Source: an uncultured Oligoflexus sp.
GTDB lineage: Bacteria > Bdellovibrionota_B > Oligoflexia > Oligoflexales > Oligoflexaceae
NCBI GenBank assembly: GCA_964236955.1
Contig: CAXSGP010000003.1
Span: 24,449-88,448 of the forward strand
DNA: 64,000 nt
Direction: 5' to 3'
In this document: positions 30,483-40,369 of the stretch, in pieces
Layout of the letters: every line of letters starts with the position of its first letter
How positions within the stretch are numbered: position 1 is the stretch's first letter
Notes under the pieces: generated by a model
The model's database searches: none
What the model was told of the DNA's origin: nothing
What the model saw: the letters and a program-made list of their open reading frames with translations, nothing else
Translations under genes and position numbers: made by a program

Positions 30483-31970
30483 ATGGCCGTGTCGTTTTCA
30501 AATATGTTTCCGATGTTTTTTATCCAGGACCACCAATGGCTGGGTGTGCTGCCCATCCTTTGCATGACCTTAACCGCAATCGCGACCCTGCTGCTTTCGT
30601 CGCTAAGACTCCAGGGGCGCGCCGCAGCTTTTGCGATGCTGCTTATTGGATGTATCGCCGCAGTGGCCAGCACGGTGGTGTTTCCTTTTCATGAAACAAT
30701 AGTGATCCTCGATGGGGTCCTGGTTTTTGATCGTTTGAGTCAGGTTTTTTCGGCTATCTGCGCTCTGACTGGCTTATCGGCGGCGCTGATGAGCCTTGGC
30801 TTTGATGAACGCGAGGGACTGCAGACTGAGTTTTTCACCCTTATCGCTTTTGCGGTGGTCGGAATGATGGCAATGGTCAGCACGAGAAATCTGGTATTCT
30901 TTTTCGTTGCCCTGGAACTCATGTCGCTCGCGATTTACGTGCTTGTTTCGATGCATCGCCAGTCGCCTATGGCTGCCGAAGCTGGTCTGAAGTACTTTCT
31001 CCTGGGTGGCGCAGCCAGTGCTGTCCTTCTTTATGGGGCCAGTATACTCTACGGCACGACGGGCCATCTGGATACCGATGGCATCAGAACTGCCTTTCAA
31101 AACCAGTGGAATGGAAAACTTCCAGTCCTTCCCCTGGTCGGACTGGGCCTTTTCAGCGTCGGTTTTCTTTTTAAGATTGGGGCCTTTCCCTTTCATGTCT
31201 GGATCCCTGACGTCTATACGGGTGCGGCGACACCAGTCACCGGATTTATGATCACAGCCGTCAAGGCCGCAGCCACGGGTGCTCTCCTCCGTATGTGTTT
31301 GGAGCTGTTTGCACTGCCCGTGGCTAATGAGCCAGTCCTTATCGTCTTGCTCAGTGGCATTATCATAGCGACCCTGACGTTTGGATCCTTCGTCGGTCTA
31401 AGGCAAATCCGTCTCAAACGTATCTTCGCCTACTCAACCATCGTCCATACGGGCTACGTTTTACTGGGCTTTCTCGCCCTATTGAGTGGTGGTGAAGGAG
31501 CCAAGGATGCGGCATCCGCTATTGTTTCCTATACTCTTTTTTATGTCATCATGAACCTTGGAGCCTTTGCTGTTCTGACGATGCTGAGTCCGAAAGATAA
31601 TGACGATATGACGTTGAGTCAGCTCACGGGTCTTGGGTCGCGTCGGCCTATGCTGGCCTTTGCCATGAGTGTTTTCCTGCTTAGTATGGCCGGTATTCCT
31701 CCGACCGCAGGTTTTTTTGGAAAGTACTATCTTTTCTCGGCGGCCCTGGCGAGTGGTTACACCGGGATCACTCTAGTGGCGGCCCTCACCAGTGTGGTCG
31801 CAGCTGTGATCTATCTGAGGCCCATGATCTATATGTATATGACCGAGAGTGAAGAAAGTTTTCAAGCCGTCCCGAGTGGCTGGATTGGCACTAATTTTAT
31901 TGTGATCCTATCCCTGTTCCTGACCGTAGTCATGGGCCTGTTCCCAGCCTGGTTTTCCAAGCTTCTCTAG
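30483..31970 (+). CDS. nuoN: NADH-quinone oxidoreductase subunit N
   Basis: EAGLKYF, PFH.W.PDVY.GA.TP, GIPPTAGF.GK. Confidence 0.96.
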   Translation: MAVSFSNMFPMFFIQDHQWLGVLPILCMTLTAIATLLLSSLRLQGRAAAFAMLLIGCIAAVASTVVFPFHETIVILDGVLVFDRLSQVFSAICALTGLSAALMSLGFDEREGLQTEFFTLIAFAVVGMMAMVSTRNLVFFFVALELMSLAIYVLVSMHRQSPMAAEAGLKYFLLGGAASAVLLYGASILYGTTGHLDTDGIRTAFQNQWNGKLPVLPLVGLGLFSVGFLFKIGAFPFHVWIPDVYTGAATPVTGFMITAVKAAATGALLRMCLELFALPVANEPVLIVLLSGIIIATLTFGSFVGLRQIRLKRIFAYSTIVHTGYVLLGFLALLSGGEGAKDAASAIVSYTLFYVIMNLGAFAVLTMLSPKDNDDMTLSQLTGLGSRRPMLAFAMSVFLLSMAGIPPTAGFFGKYYLFSAALASGYTGITLVAALTSVVAAVIYLRPMIYMYMTESEESFQAVPSGWIGTNFIVILSLFLTVVMGLFPAWFSKLL

Positions 31971-31984
31971 GTACGGACCTGCTC

Positions 31985-32034
31985 AAAACAATGCGCAGAA
32001 CAAGGTCAGTGGGCCTCGGTCTGCGCATTGTTTT
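31985..32034. terminator. Bidirectional terminator / long inverted repeat between nuoN and pilT
   Basis: Perfect 15-bp arms AAAACAATGCGCAGA / TCTGCGCATTGTTTT between convergent genes. Confidence 0.8.
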
Positions 32035-32050
32035 ATTAAAAATACCTTCT

Positions 32051-33124
32051 TCAGCTTTCAAATCCCTGCATGGCCAGTTGAAGGTCCTTCTTCTTCGAGG
32101 CATTCAGCAGCGCTTCTTCCGCGGAGATAATACCGTTGTTGTAGAGATCGAGAAGCGACTGGTCAAAGCTCTGCATGCCGTAGGTATTGCGGCCGGTACG
32201 TATCGTATCCTTTAGAATTTCAAAGCTCTCGCTCTTCAGTATCGTTTCTTTGACGACTTCGTTAGCGATTAGGATCTCCAGTGCCGGGACCATGCCCTTG
32301 GTATCGATGCGGGTAACCAGGCGCTGGGAAATAATGGCTTTGAGAGTCTGCGACAGCATCATGCGAAGCGATGCATGCTGATGCGGAGGGAAATAGGACA
32401 TCAATCGGGTGATGCTTTCTGTCGCATCGAGAGTATGGAGCGTGGAAAGAACCAAGTGGCCGGTTTCGGCTGCCATCAGAGCCGTTTCTGTCGTTTCCTT
32501 ATCCCTCAGCTCCCCCACCAGGATCACGTCGGGATTTTGTCGCAAGGCACTGCGCAGTGCTGACGGAAAACTATCGGTATCGATGCCTATTTCCCGTTGA
32601 TTGATCGTCGATTTCTTTTCCTTGAAAATGAATTCGATAGGATCTTCAATCGTCAGAATATGGGCAGATTTGGTCGAATTTATTTTTTCGATAATGGATG
32701 CGAGGGTCGTGGACTTCCCGCTACCTGTAGCTCCCGTCACGAGGATAAGGCCGTGTTTTTCATCGGCGAAGCTATGAAGTTTTTTAGGAAGTTGAAGTTC
32801 TTCCATGGTACGGATGTGATTGTTGATGACCCGCATGACGACAGCATAGCCCTGCTTCTGACGAAAAAGGTTCACTCGGAATCGGCCGCCAATGGCGCTG
32901 GTATAGGCGAAGTCTAGATCCTGAAGGTGCTGCAGCTTGGATTTCAAATGATTGGGGACGATCTGGCCAATCCACTCCAGCATGAGTTGATCGCTGACGT
33001 TCTCTCCATCGGCTAAATTTATAATGTCGCCTTGAAAGCGAAAGCGCGGAGGGGCACCCGGTTTTAATATAATATCGCTCGCCCCACCCCTGACGGCTAC
33101 CTTCAAAATTTTTTCCAAATTCAT
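32051..33124 (-). CDS. pilT: Type IV pilus retraction ATPase, PilT/PilU family
   Basis: RFRVN, GATGSGKSTT, TIEDPIE, LRQNPDVILVGE, ETGHLV.STLH, GMQ.FD. Confidence 0.92.
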   Translation of the reverse strand: MNLEKILKVAVRGGASDIILKPGAPPRFRFQGDIINLADGENVSDQLMLEWIGQIVPNHLKSKLQHLQDLDFAYTSAIGGRFRVNLFRQKQGYAVVMRVINNHIRTMEELQLPKKLHSFADEKHGLILVTGATGSGKSTTLASIIEKINSTKSAHILTIEDPIEFIFKEKKSTINQREIGIDTDSFPSALRSALRQNPDVILVGELRDKETTETALMAAETGHLVLSTLHTLDATESITRLMSYFPPHQHASLRMMLSQTLKAIISQRLVTRIDTKGMVPALEILIANEVVKETILKSESFEILKDTIRTGRNTYGMQSFDQSLLDLYNNGIISAEEALLNASKKKDLQLAMQGFES

Positions 33125-33167
33125 CTTGGAGAACTCCGGAACACACTAGGTAATCTTTACCATAAGG

Positions 33168-33194
33168 GTGTCGGTAAAAAAAAAAAGAAATTGA
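33168..33194 (-). promoter_or_regulatory. sigma28-like promoter of pilT with T11 tract in the spacer
   Basis: Minus strand TCAA-N15-ACCGACAC about 45 nt upstream of the ATG. Confidence 0.5.
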
Positions 33195-33244
33195 GGGGGA
33201 GCGTTGCCGAGGCGTGGGGGTGACGACGGACACGACGTGTTGCT

Positions 33245-33265
33245 GGGGTAGGGATATGGGTGGGG
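33245..33265 (+). other. G-quadruplex-forming motif
   Basis: GGGG-TA-GGG-ATAT-GGG-T-GGGG matches (G3+N1-7)3G3+. Confidence 0.65.
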
Positions 33266-33821
33266 CCGATGATCCTTCTGTCCTCAAAACCTGACAGCTG
33301 CCTTGACTCTTTTATTCTCTATTAATCGAGTCTTACAACCATTTGGCCATCAAGATCGAAGATCTTAATGACAAGGTGATAGAAAGCGTGAGGGCTTTCC
33401 GAATGGGGACTTAAGGATGTGATAATGACCAGTGGGAAACTCGACAAAAGGTCATCGGCAACATCCAATAAAAGCGACGATTCGCAGAACCGTTTGCTGG
33501 ACTTAACATGAGGGCGGTAGCTTTCATGAAAAATCAATTTTCATGCTTTTTACTTCTGCTCCTAGCCTACTCAAGGTCTTATTCGGATTTAACCATAAAG
33601 ATCTTAGGCCTCTTGCGAGAAAAAAGTTTTTTCCAAAAAACTTCCGGTGCTTACCGGCCTGTTTTTTTTGGAATTGGCGGCGGCCCTATAAATCAAAATA
33701 ATTCAAGGGTCCTATTTCAGTGGGTAACAAGCGACGATGACTGCAAAATAAGCGCAGCTCTATGTGAAAAGAGAGGCCGTGGGTAGAATAAAGGTACAAA
33801 TAGCCCACCCAGGAGTTCATC

Positions 33822-34223
33822 ATGAAAGCGATCATTTTAGGCCTGATTCTTCTGAGTCCCTCCGTTTTTGCTGATGACAATACACCTTTCGATATCCTGG
33901 AGCTGCCCGCAGGAGCAAGCGTGACTCTTCCCAGTCCTGCTACAACCCTGGTTCCTCTTTTCCAGTATTATCGGGTCAACCCAACCGACCATGCGCAGGT
34001 TTTCCGTATCAGTGCTCCGCCTAAGACTTGCGCCGTGAAGGTTCAGGTTTTTGATAAATCCTCTGAAGAAGTGAAGATGGCGACTCTCAAAGCCGGGGAG
34101 AGCCTGATCTATCGTTTTGAACGCTTCAATGGAGTCAGGGTTAAGGCAAGTCCGCTCTCTCACTGCAATTATTTGACCAAGCTCGTTCTTGAAAGCAACC
34201 GGCCTCTTGAGATTGGGATGTGA
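33822..34223 (+). CDS. Hypothetical secreted protein
   Basis: AGGAG RBS, signal peptide ending VFA, beta-rich mature part. Confidence 0.75.
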   Translation: MKAIILGLILLSPSVFADDNTPFDILELPAGASVTLPSPATTLVPLFQYYRVNPTDHAQVFRISAPPKTCAVKVQVFDKSSEEVKMATLKAGESLIYRFERFNGVRVKASPLSHCNYLTKLVLESNRPLEIGM

Positions 34224-34319
34224 GCGATTGTCCTCGCCATCGAAAGCGCCTCCCTTCCGTTCGAAGTGCAGTCTGACCCCCAGGCAAAAAACTTCCCTAC
34301 CCGAGAGGGCATTCGAAGG

Positions 34320-36470
34320 TTAATTCAGGCTTAGTTCCGCGTTGCTAAAGGGAGGGTGCTTATGCTGAATCTGAAGCTGCCGCATCGTTTCAAGAAGCTC
34401 CCTGGCCTGGAGAGGTTTGGTAAGAAATGCTGAAAATCCTGCATCCATCGCCTGTTGTCGCGCTTCCGGCGTCACACAGGCAGAAAAAGCCACGGCGATG
34501 AAGTCGTGCCGTGCGGATTTTTTCAATCGACGAACGAGTTCGAAGCCATTGATATCGGGCAGTCCCAGATCGGTGAGGACCAGGCTGGGGTGCACGCGGT
34601 GGAAGGCTTCAATCGCTTCCGATGAATTGAGACAAGCGATAATCTCAATGCCCTCTCCAGACAATAGGCTGTCGAGCAGATGCAGTGTGAAAGGATCGTC
34701 TTCGACGATCACCATGCTCTGTCGGCTCGGGCTGAGCATGGACACGGTCGGGGGCAGGGGTACGGGGACCTGCTGCGGTTGAATGGGGCTGGCCTTGGCA
34801 TTGCGATTCGGTCTTTTTAAACTTAAAGAAAACAGCATGCCCGGCTTGGGATTCAAGCTTGCTGCGGTCAGGCGGCCGCCCTGAAGGTCGATGAGTTTTT
34901 TTGCGGTGTAGAGGGCCACATCAAAATTGGTGGCCGTGAGAAAGGCTTCAGGGGCCATACCCTGACCAGCCTGCAGTAAATTGAGCACGTGCTGCTGATC
35001 GCTCGAATAACCGCTATGTTTGAGGTGAAGGATGACATCGCGGTGCTGCGTGCTCGCATGCAGGCTTATCACTGCGTTATCTTTGCCGAACTGCGTCAGA
35101 TGCTCAAAGAGTTTTTGTAAAGCCAGGCTCAGTTGCTCCCGATCGCCAAGAATAAGGCTGTGGTTGAGAGGGCGTTCATAGCGAAATTCCAGTTGTTTCT
35201 TGGTCGCTTCTTCGCGCCACAAAAGACAAAGCTCACTCAATAGATCGGCCAGATCAAAGGTATCCCTTCTAATCAATTGATGCCCCATGCTGATGCGAAC
35301 GGAATCGCGCAGTTCTTCAAGCATCTTCGTCTGTCGCTCGATGCTTAATTGGATGCCGTCGCTGGCATCATGAATAGCCTGGGTTGATCCATTTTCCTTG
35401 AGAAGCTGCGACCACATATAAATTGGAGTAAGCGGGCTTCGCAAATCCTGGGTGCTCCGTAAAACCAGACGTTCTAAGGTCTGGCTCAACGATCGCCACT
35501 CCCGACGGTTCGCCTCGAGTTCCACGATTTGATTGTGGGCCTGAGCTAAATCTTCGGCTTTTTTGGCCAGTGCGGTTTTGTATTCGTAGCGCTTTTTTTC
35601 AATAAGGTATCCGACGCTGAAGCTTGCGGTCATAAGGACGATTTGAAAAGGCAGGGCGCTGTCTATCACGCCTGAGTCGTTATAGGGCCAGGCCTGGTAA
35701 AGCCAAAGGTGAATGGCGAAGGCATAGGCCAGCGCCCCTCTTAATCGAAAGTGATAAACGATAAAAACGGCGGGTAGAAAGATTATGTAATAGAGCGACG
35801 CCAGTTCTTCGGAAGGTCTCGGCAAACCCAGCGCCAGGAAGGGTAGCAAGGCAAAGAGCAGGTCCTGAAGATCAAGGGATTGCTGTTCCCGGCCGGTGCC
35901 GCGATAGACCAGATGATCGATGAAGGGAATAAAAATAAAAGTGTAGAAGGGAAAGCTCGCGAAAAAATTTACCGCATCCCGGATTGTCAGCTGGGTCGCC
36001 CAGATGCTGGCAGGTATGGGGTCGATCAGCTCATAGCGAGTTAAAATTGACCAGGCGAGGCGCGCCGTGAGGCCACAGGTTAAGAGTCCAAGGCAGAAGA
36101 AAAAACATGACTTGACGAAGGTATTGAAATGGGTTTCGCGTAATTTGATCCATATAATAGCGGCAAGACTATAACAGGCGGTCATGATAATGCCGAGAAA
36201 CATCCCCGTCACGGAGCGACCCTCATGCCAGATGAAGTAGCCGTTGACGAAGACGCTCAGAAACAAGACAAACCAAAAGCGAATCCCCAGCGTGACTATC
36301 AAGGCCAGACCCAAGGCCTGGGAAACCAGCCACGGGAAATGAACCGCATCCTGTTGGAAGCGAAAAAAAATCATATCGAGTGCGAAGGCCAGAATTAAGT
36401 AGACTACCGTGATCGTGGCATCTCGGTCATGGGACACTCCGCGTTGGCGCGTCGCTAGCTTCTCGCGCAT
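34320..36470 (-). CDS. MASE1-like membrane sensor, degenerate histidine kinase and receiver domain (start uncertain, ORF open to 36539)
   Basis: Multi-TM N-terminus; STQDLRSPL H-box; receiver VEDD, TD.GLP..NG, SA, KP intact. Confidence 0.85.
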   Translation of the reverse strand: MREKLATRQRGVSHDRDATITVVYLILAFALDMIFFRFQQDAVHFPWLVSQALGLALIVTLGIRFWFVLFLSVFVNGYFIWHEGRSVTGMFLGIIMTACYSLAAIIWIKLRETHFNTFVKSCFFFCLGLLTCGLTARLAWSILTRYELIDPIPASIWATQLTIRDAVNFFASFPFYTFIFIPFIDHLVYRGTGREQQSLDLQDLLFALLPFLALGLPRPSEELASLYYIIFLPAVFIVYHFRLRGALAYAFAIHLWLYQAWPYNDSGVIDSALPFQIVLMTASFSVGYLIEKKRYEYKTALAKKAEDLAQAHNQIVELEANRREWRSLSQTLERLVLRSTQDLRSPLTPIYMWSQLLKENGSTQAIHDASDGIQLSIERQTKMLEELRDSVRISMGHQLIRRDTFDLADLLSELCLLWREEATKKQLEFRYERPLNHSLILGDREQLSLALQKLFEHLTQFGKDNAVISLHASTQHRDVILHLKHSGYSSDQQHVLNLLQAGQGMAPEAFLTATNFDVALYTAKKLIDLQGGRLTAASLNPKPGMLFSLSLKRPNRNAKASPIQPQQVPVPLPPTVSMLSPSRQSMVIVEDDPFTLHLLDSLLSGEGIEIIACLNSSEAIEAFHRVHPSLVLTDLGLPDINGFELVRRLKKSARHDFIAVAFSACVTPEARQQAMDAGFSAFLTKPLQARELLETMRQLQIQHKHPPFSNAELSLN

Positions 36471-36876
36471 GCCTTGCTCCCGAAAGATATAATCAAATTT
36501 TTCTAGTCGAAACCTAAGCTTTCCCTGCAGGACTTGCAAGAATAGTCATCGATCCTTACTTTTTCATCAAGTTCGATTTGCTTTAAATCGCAAGAACCAT
36601 GTGGGATGATAGCCATATTTGCGAATTCTGCAGATTAAAAGCGAGCGTCGATCGGCGGTGCATGGGAATCACAGGGCTCGCATCGATCCGAGATTTCATG
36701 GCAAGGATACGCAACCAACATTTTTCGACAGGAATATCAGCGAAGGATCTGCAAAAGTTTGACAAGCGAAGCGGAATTGTGAAGATTATAGTGTCTTAGC
36801 CAAATCTTAAAGATCGCAGCGCTCACTGCTGAGGGTTAAGATTCAAGCTTTTTTTGGATACGTAAATGGGGGTCTT

Positions 36877-38298
36877 ATGCAGTTTCGTGATGCCAGTCGA
36901 TTGCTGTCGGTCTCGGTTCTTGGTTTTGGCGGTCTCGTATCCACTCACGCGGTTTTTGCAGCCGGCTTCGCCTTGAGAAGCCATTCTGCAAGCGGTGTCG
37001 GCACGTCCTTGGCGTCCGACACGGTCAACACTTACGATGCCTCGGGACTCCTTTCGAACCCCGCTATCATGAGTGCTTTCAAGGGCAACCATGTGAGCTT
37101 TAACCTCAACTACACCGATGCCAATATCGAGGCCAATGACGCAAGTCTCAAACTCGCAAGCGGTCCCGATCATCCTGTTCAAGGCAAGAATTTCGAAGAG
37201 AACGTCTCTGAGCCCATTTCTATTCCTTCCATCTATGGAATCTTTCAGGTTTCAGATCAGGCTCATGTGGGCTTTAGTTTCAACGTTCCCTACGGAACCA
37301 ACACACAGTATGACGATTCCTGGACTGGCCGCTATTACGGAACCAAGACGTCATTGAAATCTTACGACGTCGCCCTCCATGGATCTTTCAAGATCAACGA
37401 GGACTACACGGTAGGACTCAGTCTCGACTGGCAGCAGGCTAAAGGCGAGCTGGCTTCGGCGGTTGATCTTGGCCTTGCGTACTTCAAAGGTGTTCAGGAT
37501 GCGGCCGCTGCCGGTCAGATTCCGGCCGCTCAGGCTCCAGCCGCAATTCAAGCTGCCGCTGCCGGGATTGGCCATGCCGATTCCATCGTAACTTATAAAG
37601 GCGACAGCACGGCTTTTGCCTGGGGACTTGGCTTTCTTGGCAAACCGACGCAAACCAGTCGTATCGGGCTTTCCTATAAGGCTGGAGTCAAGCATGAAGC
37701 GAAGGGGGATTTGATCTGGGGCCCAACCAACAATGGGGCAACGACGATTCTAACAACTCTTCGTGCCTCACCTCTCGGCACCCGATTTAAAGACAACAGC
37801 GACGCCAAGCTGCAGCTTAACCTTCCAGCGGTTACCTCTTTGGGTTATGCCCAGGAGCTCGGCGCATTCACAGTCTACGGCAACGCCACCCATACAGCGT
37901 GGAGCACTTTGTCAGAGCTTAGTCCAGAATGGGCTGGCCAAAAGTCAGTGACCAAACTCGAATGGAAGGATTCCCTTTACCTCGCAGTCGGTGGCGACTA
38001 TCGCCTCGCTCCTGATTGGACATTGCGGGCCGGTGTCGGCCGGGATCAAAGCGTGACCGATGAAGACCATAGAACACCCCGTACACCCGATGGCGATCGC
38101 ACCGCTCTCTCAATGGGCGCCAGCTATAAAATAGACGCTCTCGACTTCAGTTTTGCTTTCCAGCATCTCTTCCTCGAAGATACGAAGAGCAATCTTCAGG
38201 CGTTGGCTTACAAAGACAACAATGGCCGAGGAACATACAAAGCGAATTACGCTATTCATCCTAACATTGCCGTCGTTTCTGCAGGCTACGGCTTCTGA
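36877..38298 (+). CDS. fadL: OmpP1/FadL family outer-membrane fatty acid transporter
   Basis: AGF after the signal peptide, DAS....NPA, PYG..T.Y, R.P..PD.DR, C-terminal Phe. Confidence 0.9.
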   Translation: MQFRDASRLLSVSVLGFGGLVSTHAVFAAGFALRSHSASGVGTSLASDTVNTYDASGLLSNPAIMSAFKGNHVSFNLNYTDANIEANDASLKLASGPDHPVQGKNFEENVSEPISIPSIYGIFQVSDQAHVGFSFNVPYGTNTQYDDSWTGRYYGTKTSLKSYDVALHGSFKINEDYTVGLSLDWQQAKGELASAVDLGLAYFKGVQDAAAAGQIPAAQAPAAIQAAAAGIGHADSIVTYKGDSTAFAWGLGFLGKPTQTSRIGLSYKAGVKHEAKGDLIWGPTNNGATTILTTLRASPLGTRFKDNSDAKLQLNLPAVTSLGYAQELGAFTVYGNATHTAWSTLSELSPEWAGQKSVTKLEWKDSLYLAVGGDYRLAPDWTLRAGVGRDQSVTDEDHRTPRTPDGDRTALSMGASYKIDALDFSFAFQHLFLEDTKSNLQALAYKDNNGRGTYKANYAIHPNIAVVSAGYGF

Positions 38299-38303
38299 TT
38301 TTC

Positions 38304-38331
38304 AGGGTCCCCTCGGGGGCCTTTTTTCTTT
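38304..38331 (+). terminator. Rho-independent terminator after fadL
   Basis: AGGGTCCCC-TC-GGGGGCCTT followed by T tract. Confidence 0.8.
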
Positions 38332-38487
38332 GTCCATCCTCGCGCACATACTCTTGTCAGCGTAGATTTAGGATGCTAAAACCCGTAAGATATCATAAAG
38401 TGAGGCGCTTTTAAGGCAGTTCTCAGGAATAAAGGCAAGGCCTGCTATTGATATTACGTCTATCGTTCTTTGGCTCTTGGAGATTAC

Positions 38488-38940
38488 ATGCGTTATCTAA
38501 TGCTTTCGGCTACTTTTCTCGCGACTTTGACCGCTTGTGACTGGAACAGCAAAGAAGATTATCATCCGAAAGCTGAATACGAGACCTTCTTGAAACAGCA
38601 GGAAGAGACAGCCCATGCGTCAGCTGAGGCGGTCGCGAGCGGTACCGCTCCGGCAGCTGTAGAAGAGCCGGGTAAAAAAACTTTCGAAACCTTTTGTGTA
38701 GCCTGCCACGGCGCAAATGGAAAAGCTGACGGTCCTGCAGCTTTGGCTTTAAAGCCGATGCCTAGAAATTTTACCGACAAAAGCTGGCAAGCTAAAGTCG
38801 ATGATGCCCATATTCATAAAGTCATCAAGGAAGGTGGCGCTTCGGTTGGACTTAGCGCGACTATGGCACCCTGGGGTGGCGCGATAAAAGACGACGAAAT
38901 CGATCAGGTCGTCAAATACGTCAGACACTTTGGACAATAA
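38488..38940 (+). CDS. Monoheme c-type cytochrome lipoprotein
   Basis: Lipobox LTAC, CVACH heme motif, distal MAPWG. Confidence 0.92.
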   Translation: MRYLMLSATFLATLTACDWNSKEDYHPKAEYETFLKQQEETAHASAEAVASGTAPAAVEEPGKKTFETFCVACHGANGKADGPAALALKPMPRNFTDKSWQAKVDDAHIHKVIKEGGASVGLSATMAPWGGAIKDDEIDQVVKYVRHFGQ

Positions 38941-38975
38941 TGGCGGGACTTGCCCCCAAACGCCGCCTATAGAAC

Positions 38976-39013
38976 GAAAAAAGACCTTCGAAAAGATCGA
39001 AGGTCTTTTTTTC
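38976..39013. terminator. Bidirectional terminator between cytochrome c and PilZ genes
   Basis: AAAAAAGACCTTCGA-AAAGA-TCGAAGGTCTTTTTT. Confidence 0.9.
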
Positions 39014-39030
39014 ATGGGATGGATTTTGAA

Positions 39031-39393
39031 TCAAAAATTTACAGTATCGTAACGGGTGAATATCTCTATCAGATCGATGTCGCTTGCTTGACCAGGGGTC
39101 AGCTCAATACCGCAGCGTTGCATCAGTTCATTTTTTTCCCCGTCACCGCCATCGCCATAAATATGTTTCACGGTGAAACGAAGGGGGCTACGACCCTGCT
39201 TCTCAAATTCGACCTGCACTTCTTCACCTTCTGCCGGGCAGGGCCCTAAGAGGATGCCAAGGCCCTTACGCGAGATGTCTAAGGCCAGGAATCGGAGTTC
39301 ATGGCTCTGATGAACCATACGGCCCGGAAGATCACCGACGAAGACGCAACGATTTTCGCTTCGTCGGTCTATTTCTCGTTTTGCTTGTGCCAT
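39031..39393 (-). CDS. Stand-alone PilZ domain protein (c-di-GMP receptor)
   Basis: RxxxR (RSENR) and DxSxxG (DISRKG) motifs. Confidence 0.85.
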   Translation of the reverse strand: MAQAKREIDRRSENRCVFVGDLPGRMVHQSHELRFLALDISRKGLGILLGPCPAEGEEVQVEFEKQGRSPLRFTVKHIYGDGGDGEKNELMQRCGIELTPGQASDIDLIEIFTRYDTVNF

Positions 39394-40369
39394 AAGTGTC
39401 GCCTTTCCGCCGCATTCATCCCTCACAAACGGGTGATCGGCGCAATCTCCAATCCGTCTTAGAATTACGCAGCAAAATATTAATTATGCATAAATTTCGG
39501 GTGCTTAATAGAATACTTTAATGAGACAGTTGGCAGCCAAAAAATCCTGATGTTGAGTAAGATTTCGATCTCGTGTTTCAATTTTCTTAAATAGGGAAAG
39601 ACCCCTGGTGAAATAGATGGTCCGGGCGCTACTGGTGGCCATGGAAACGGACCCGAGGGATCGGCACGGATGAACGCGGATCGCTCGCAACGGACTTGAC
39701 AAAGGGAAGTCTCCAAATCTGCTAAATAACGCAGCGGTAAGTCTTTTAGCGCCCTTTTCGTTTGCCATTTGATATCCTTTCAAAAGACATTATTAGCGCT
39801 TCACACTTTTTTCCAACTTAACCTTAACACTTTAAGCGGTCGCATCGCCATTCAGAGCCCATTCGCCTATGCGCTCTAGCATCCTTAAAGAGGAGATAAC
39901 GTGCATGCCTTAAACAGCCAGCTGGCCTCCCGTTCGTCTCTCAATAGCTTCTCCGAAAGCCAGGGGCAGTGTCAAGCAAACCATAGATAAGACTATGAGT
40001 TCCCGGTTTTCAAATACGTTTGAGTCACAGCGTTCCGCTCCTATTCTAGACAGTTTTTTTTCTCATTTTCACTTAACCAGGCAGTCCCCTGCATAAAAAC
40101 ATAAAGTGGAGGGGGTCTTTCAACTTCAATTTCAACTTCGACTTCTGCTTCGGAAAGATCGTCAAGATCATGTCGAATTCATGGTGTGAATCGAAAGGAA
40201 AACCATTCGACATACCCATGGGCTCGCGGCTTTCTTTTCTATCGTCACCGTTGCGCTGTTGGATTCCAGATGCTTTTCTCAAAAGGCGGATTAAGCTACC
40301 ATGCATTTGAGAGACCGTCTCTTCCAAAAATGTGGCCTGCGGTGATTATTTGGCGTTTTACCTAAGTGG

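Noticed and set aside
18485..31970. Long antisense ORFs within nuo (for example 19844-20989, 24560-25264, 28816-29514)
   Set aside because: Shadows of conserved sense genes with no recognisable motifs
33322..33786. Short ORFs 33322-33537 and 33508-33786
   Set aside because: No motifs, overlapping AT-rich probable promoter DNA; coding status unsupported
39586..39640. Cobalamin riboswitch-like AATAGGGAA...GGTGAAA
   Set aside because: Spacing is wrong, no B12 box follows and no B12-related gene is downstream
39743..39766. c-di-GMP-I riboswitch-like GGCAAAC-GAAA-AGGGCGCTAAAAG on the minus strand upstream of PilZ
   Set aside because: No stem flanks the GAAA loop and no P3 receptor helix is evident
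39720..39768. tmRNA tag-like peptide ANEKG...AA
   Set aside because: No stop after AA and no tRNA-like ends
40045..40327. Hexamer-like repeat (EVEVEIEVE or KLKLK frames) as a pseudogene
   Set aside because: Short low-complexity stretch with no identifiable parent family
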